A stretch of 63,739 nt of DNA, the filler included, from Deltaproteobacteria bacterium (lineage in GTDB: Bacteria > Myxococcota > JACRCW01): assembly GCA_016218805.1 (NCBI GenBank). It is 3 parts of 3 records of this genome, joined end to end, with 100 filler letters (N's around TTAATTAATTAA, not from the genome) between each part and the next. Parts side by side here need not be neighbours in the genome. Positions count along the whole stretch, not along the records: positions 55,797 to 63,739 come from JACRCW010000125.1; 2 more parts are not named here. One strand, written 5' to 3'. This document shows positions 63,574-63,739 of the stretch, piece by piece. Positions within the stretch are counted from its first letter, which is position 1, and the number at the start of each line of letters is the position of its first letter. The notes below the pieces were generated by a model. The model was not told the origin of the DNA and ran no database searches. It was given only the letters and a program-made list of their open reading frames with translations. The position numbers were made by a program, and so were the translations under genes.

Positions 63574-63739
63574 CGGACCCGCCCCGCCACCCCGACGGGG
63601 GTGTGATGCGGGATGGTTGTAGAACGGGAACGACAGGGGTGCCATGGGTTTGGCATGTCTCGCGGCCCCCTGACAAAGCGGCCCGCCTGGCGACGTCGGC
63701 CCCGCGTTGCGTTCCGGCTGGTCGCCATGGAACGGAGGC

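Overview
High-GC bacterial DNA, most likely from a Myxococcota-like genome bin (inferred from two DUF4388 proteins, cysteine-rich lipoproteins, a sigma54 regulator and a zf-HC2 anti-sigma). It is three contigs joined by artificial N/TTAATTAATTAA linkers (30102-30201, 55697-55796), so adjacency across those gaps means nothing. Core genes: fni, ppx-like, ybeY, phoH-like, rplS, rpmB, bamD, the Thr-Tyr-Gly-Thr tRNA cluster plus 5' tuf, glyQS, an ECF/anti-sigma pair, a deoxyhypusine-synthase-like plus ureohydrolase pair, a two-gene ABC exporter and boxR-boxC-boxB. The most unusual signals are: (1) a low-GC, degenerate 21-bp (7-bp sub-period) phased array of TGC-N9-GCA sites running up to the RBS of a small helical orphan gene (57606-58214); (2) two integrase-free insertions flanked by long direct repeats that duplicate a gene junction (65 bp exact; about 226 bp diverged), one of them bridged by a 602-codon open frame that would preserve translational coupling; (3) a foreign-looking ABC-ATPase plus TOPRIM-like pair, a candidate defence module; (4) several enzyme homologues missing catalytic residues; (5) several REP-like palindromes. 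All calls are by eye from motifs; no database searches were run.
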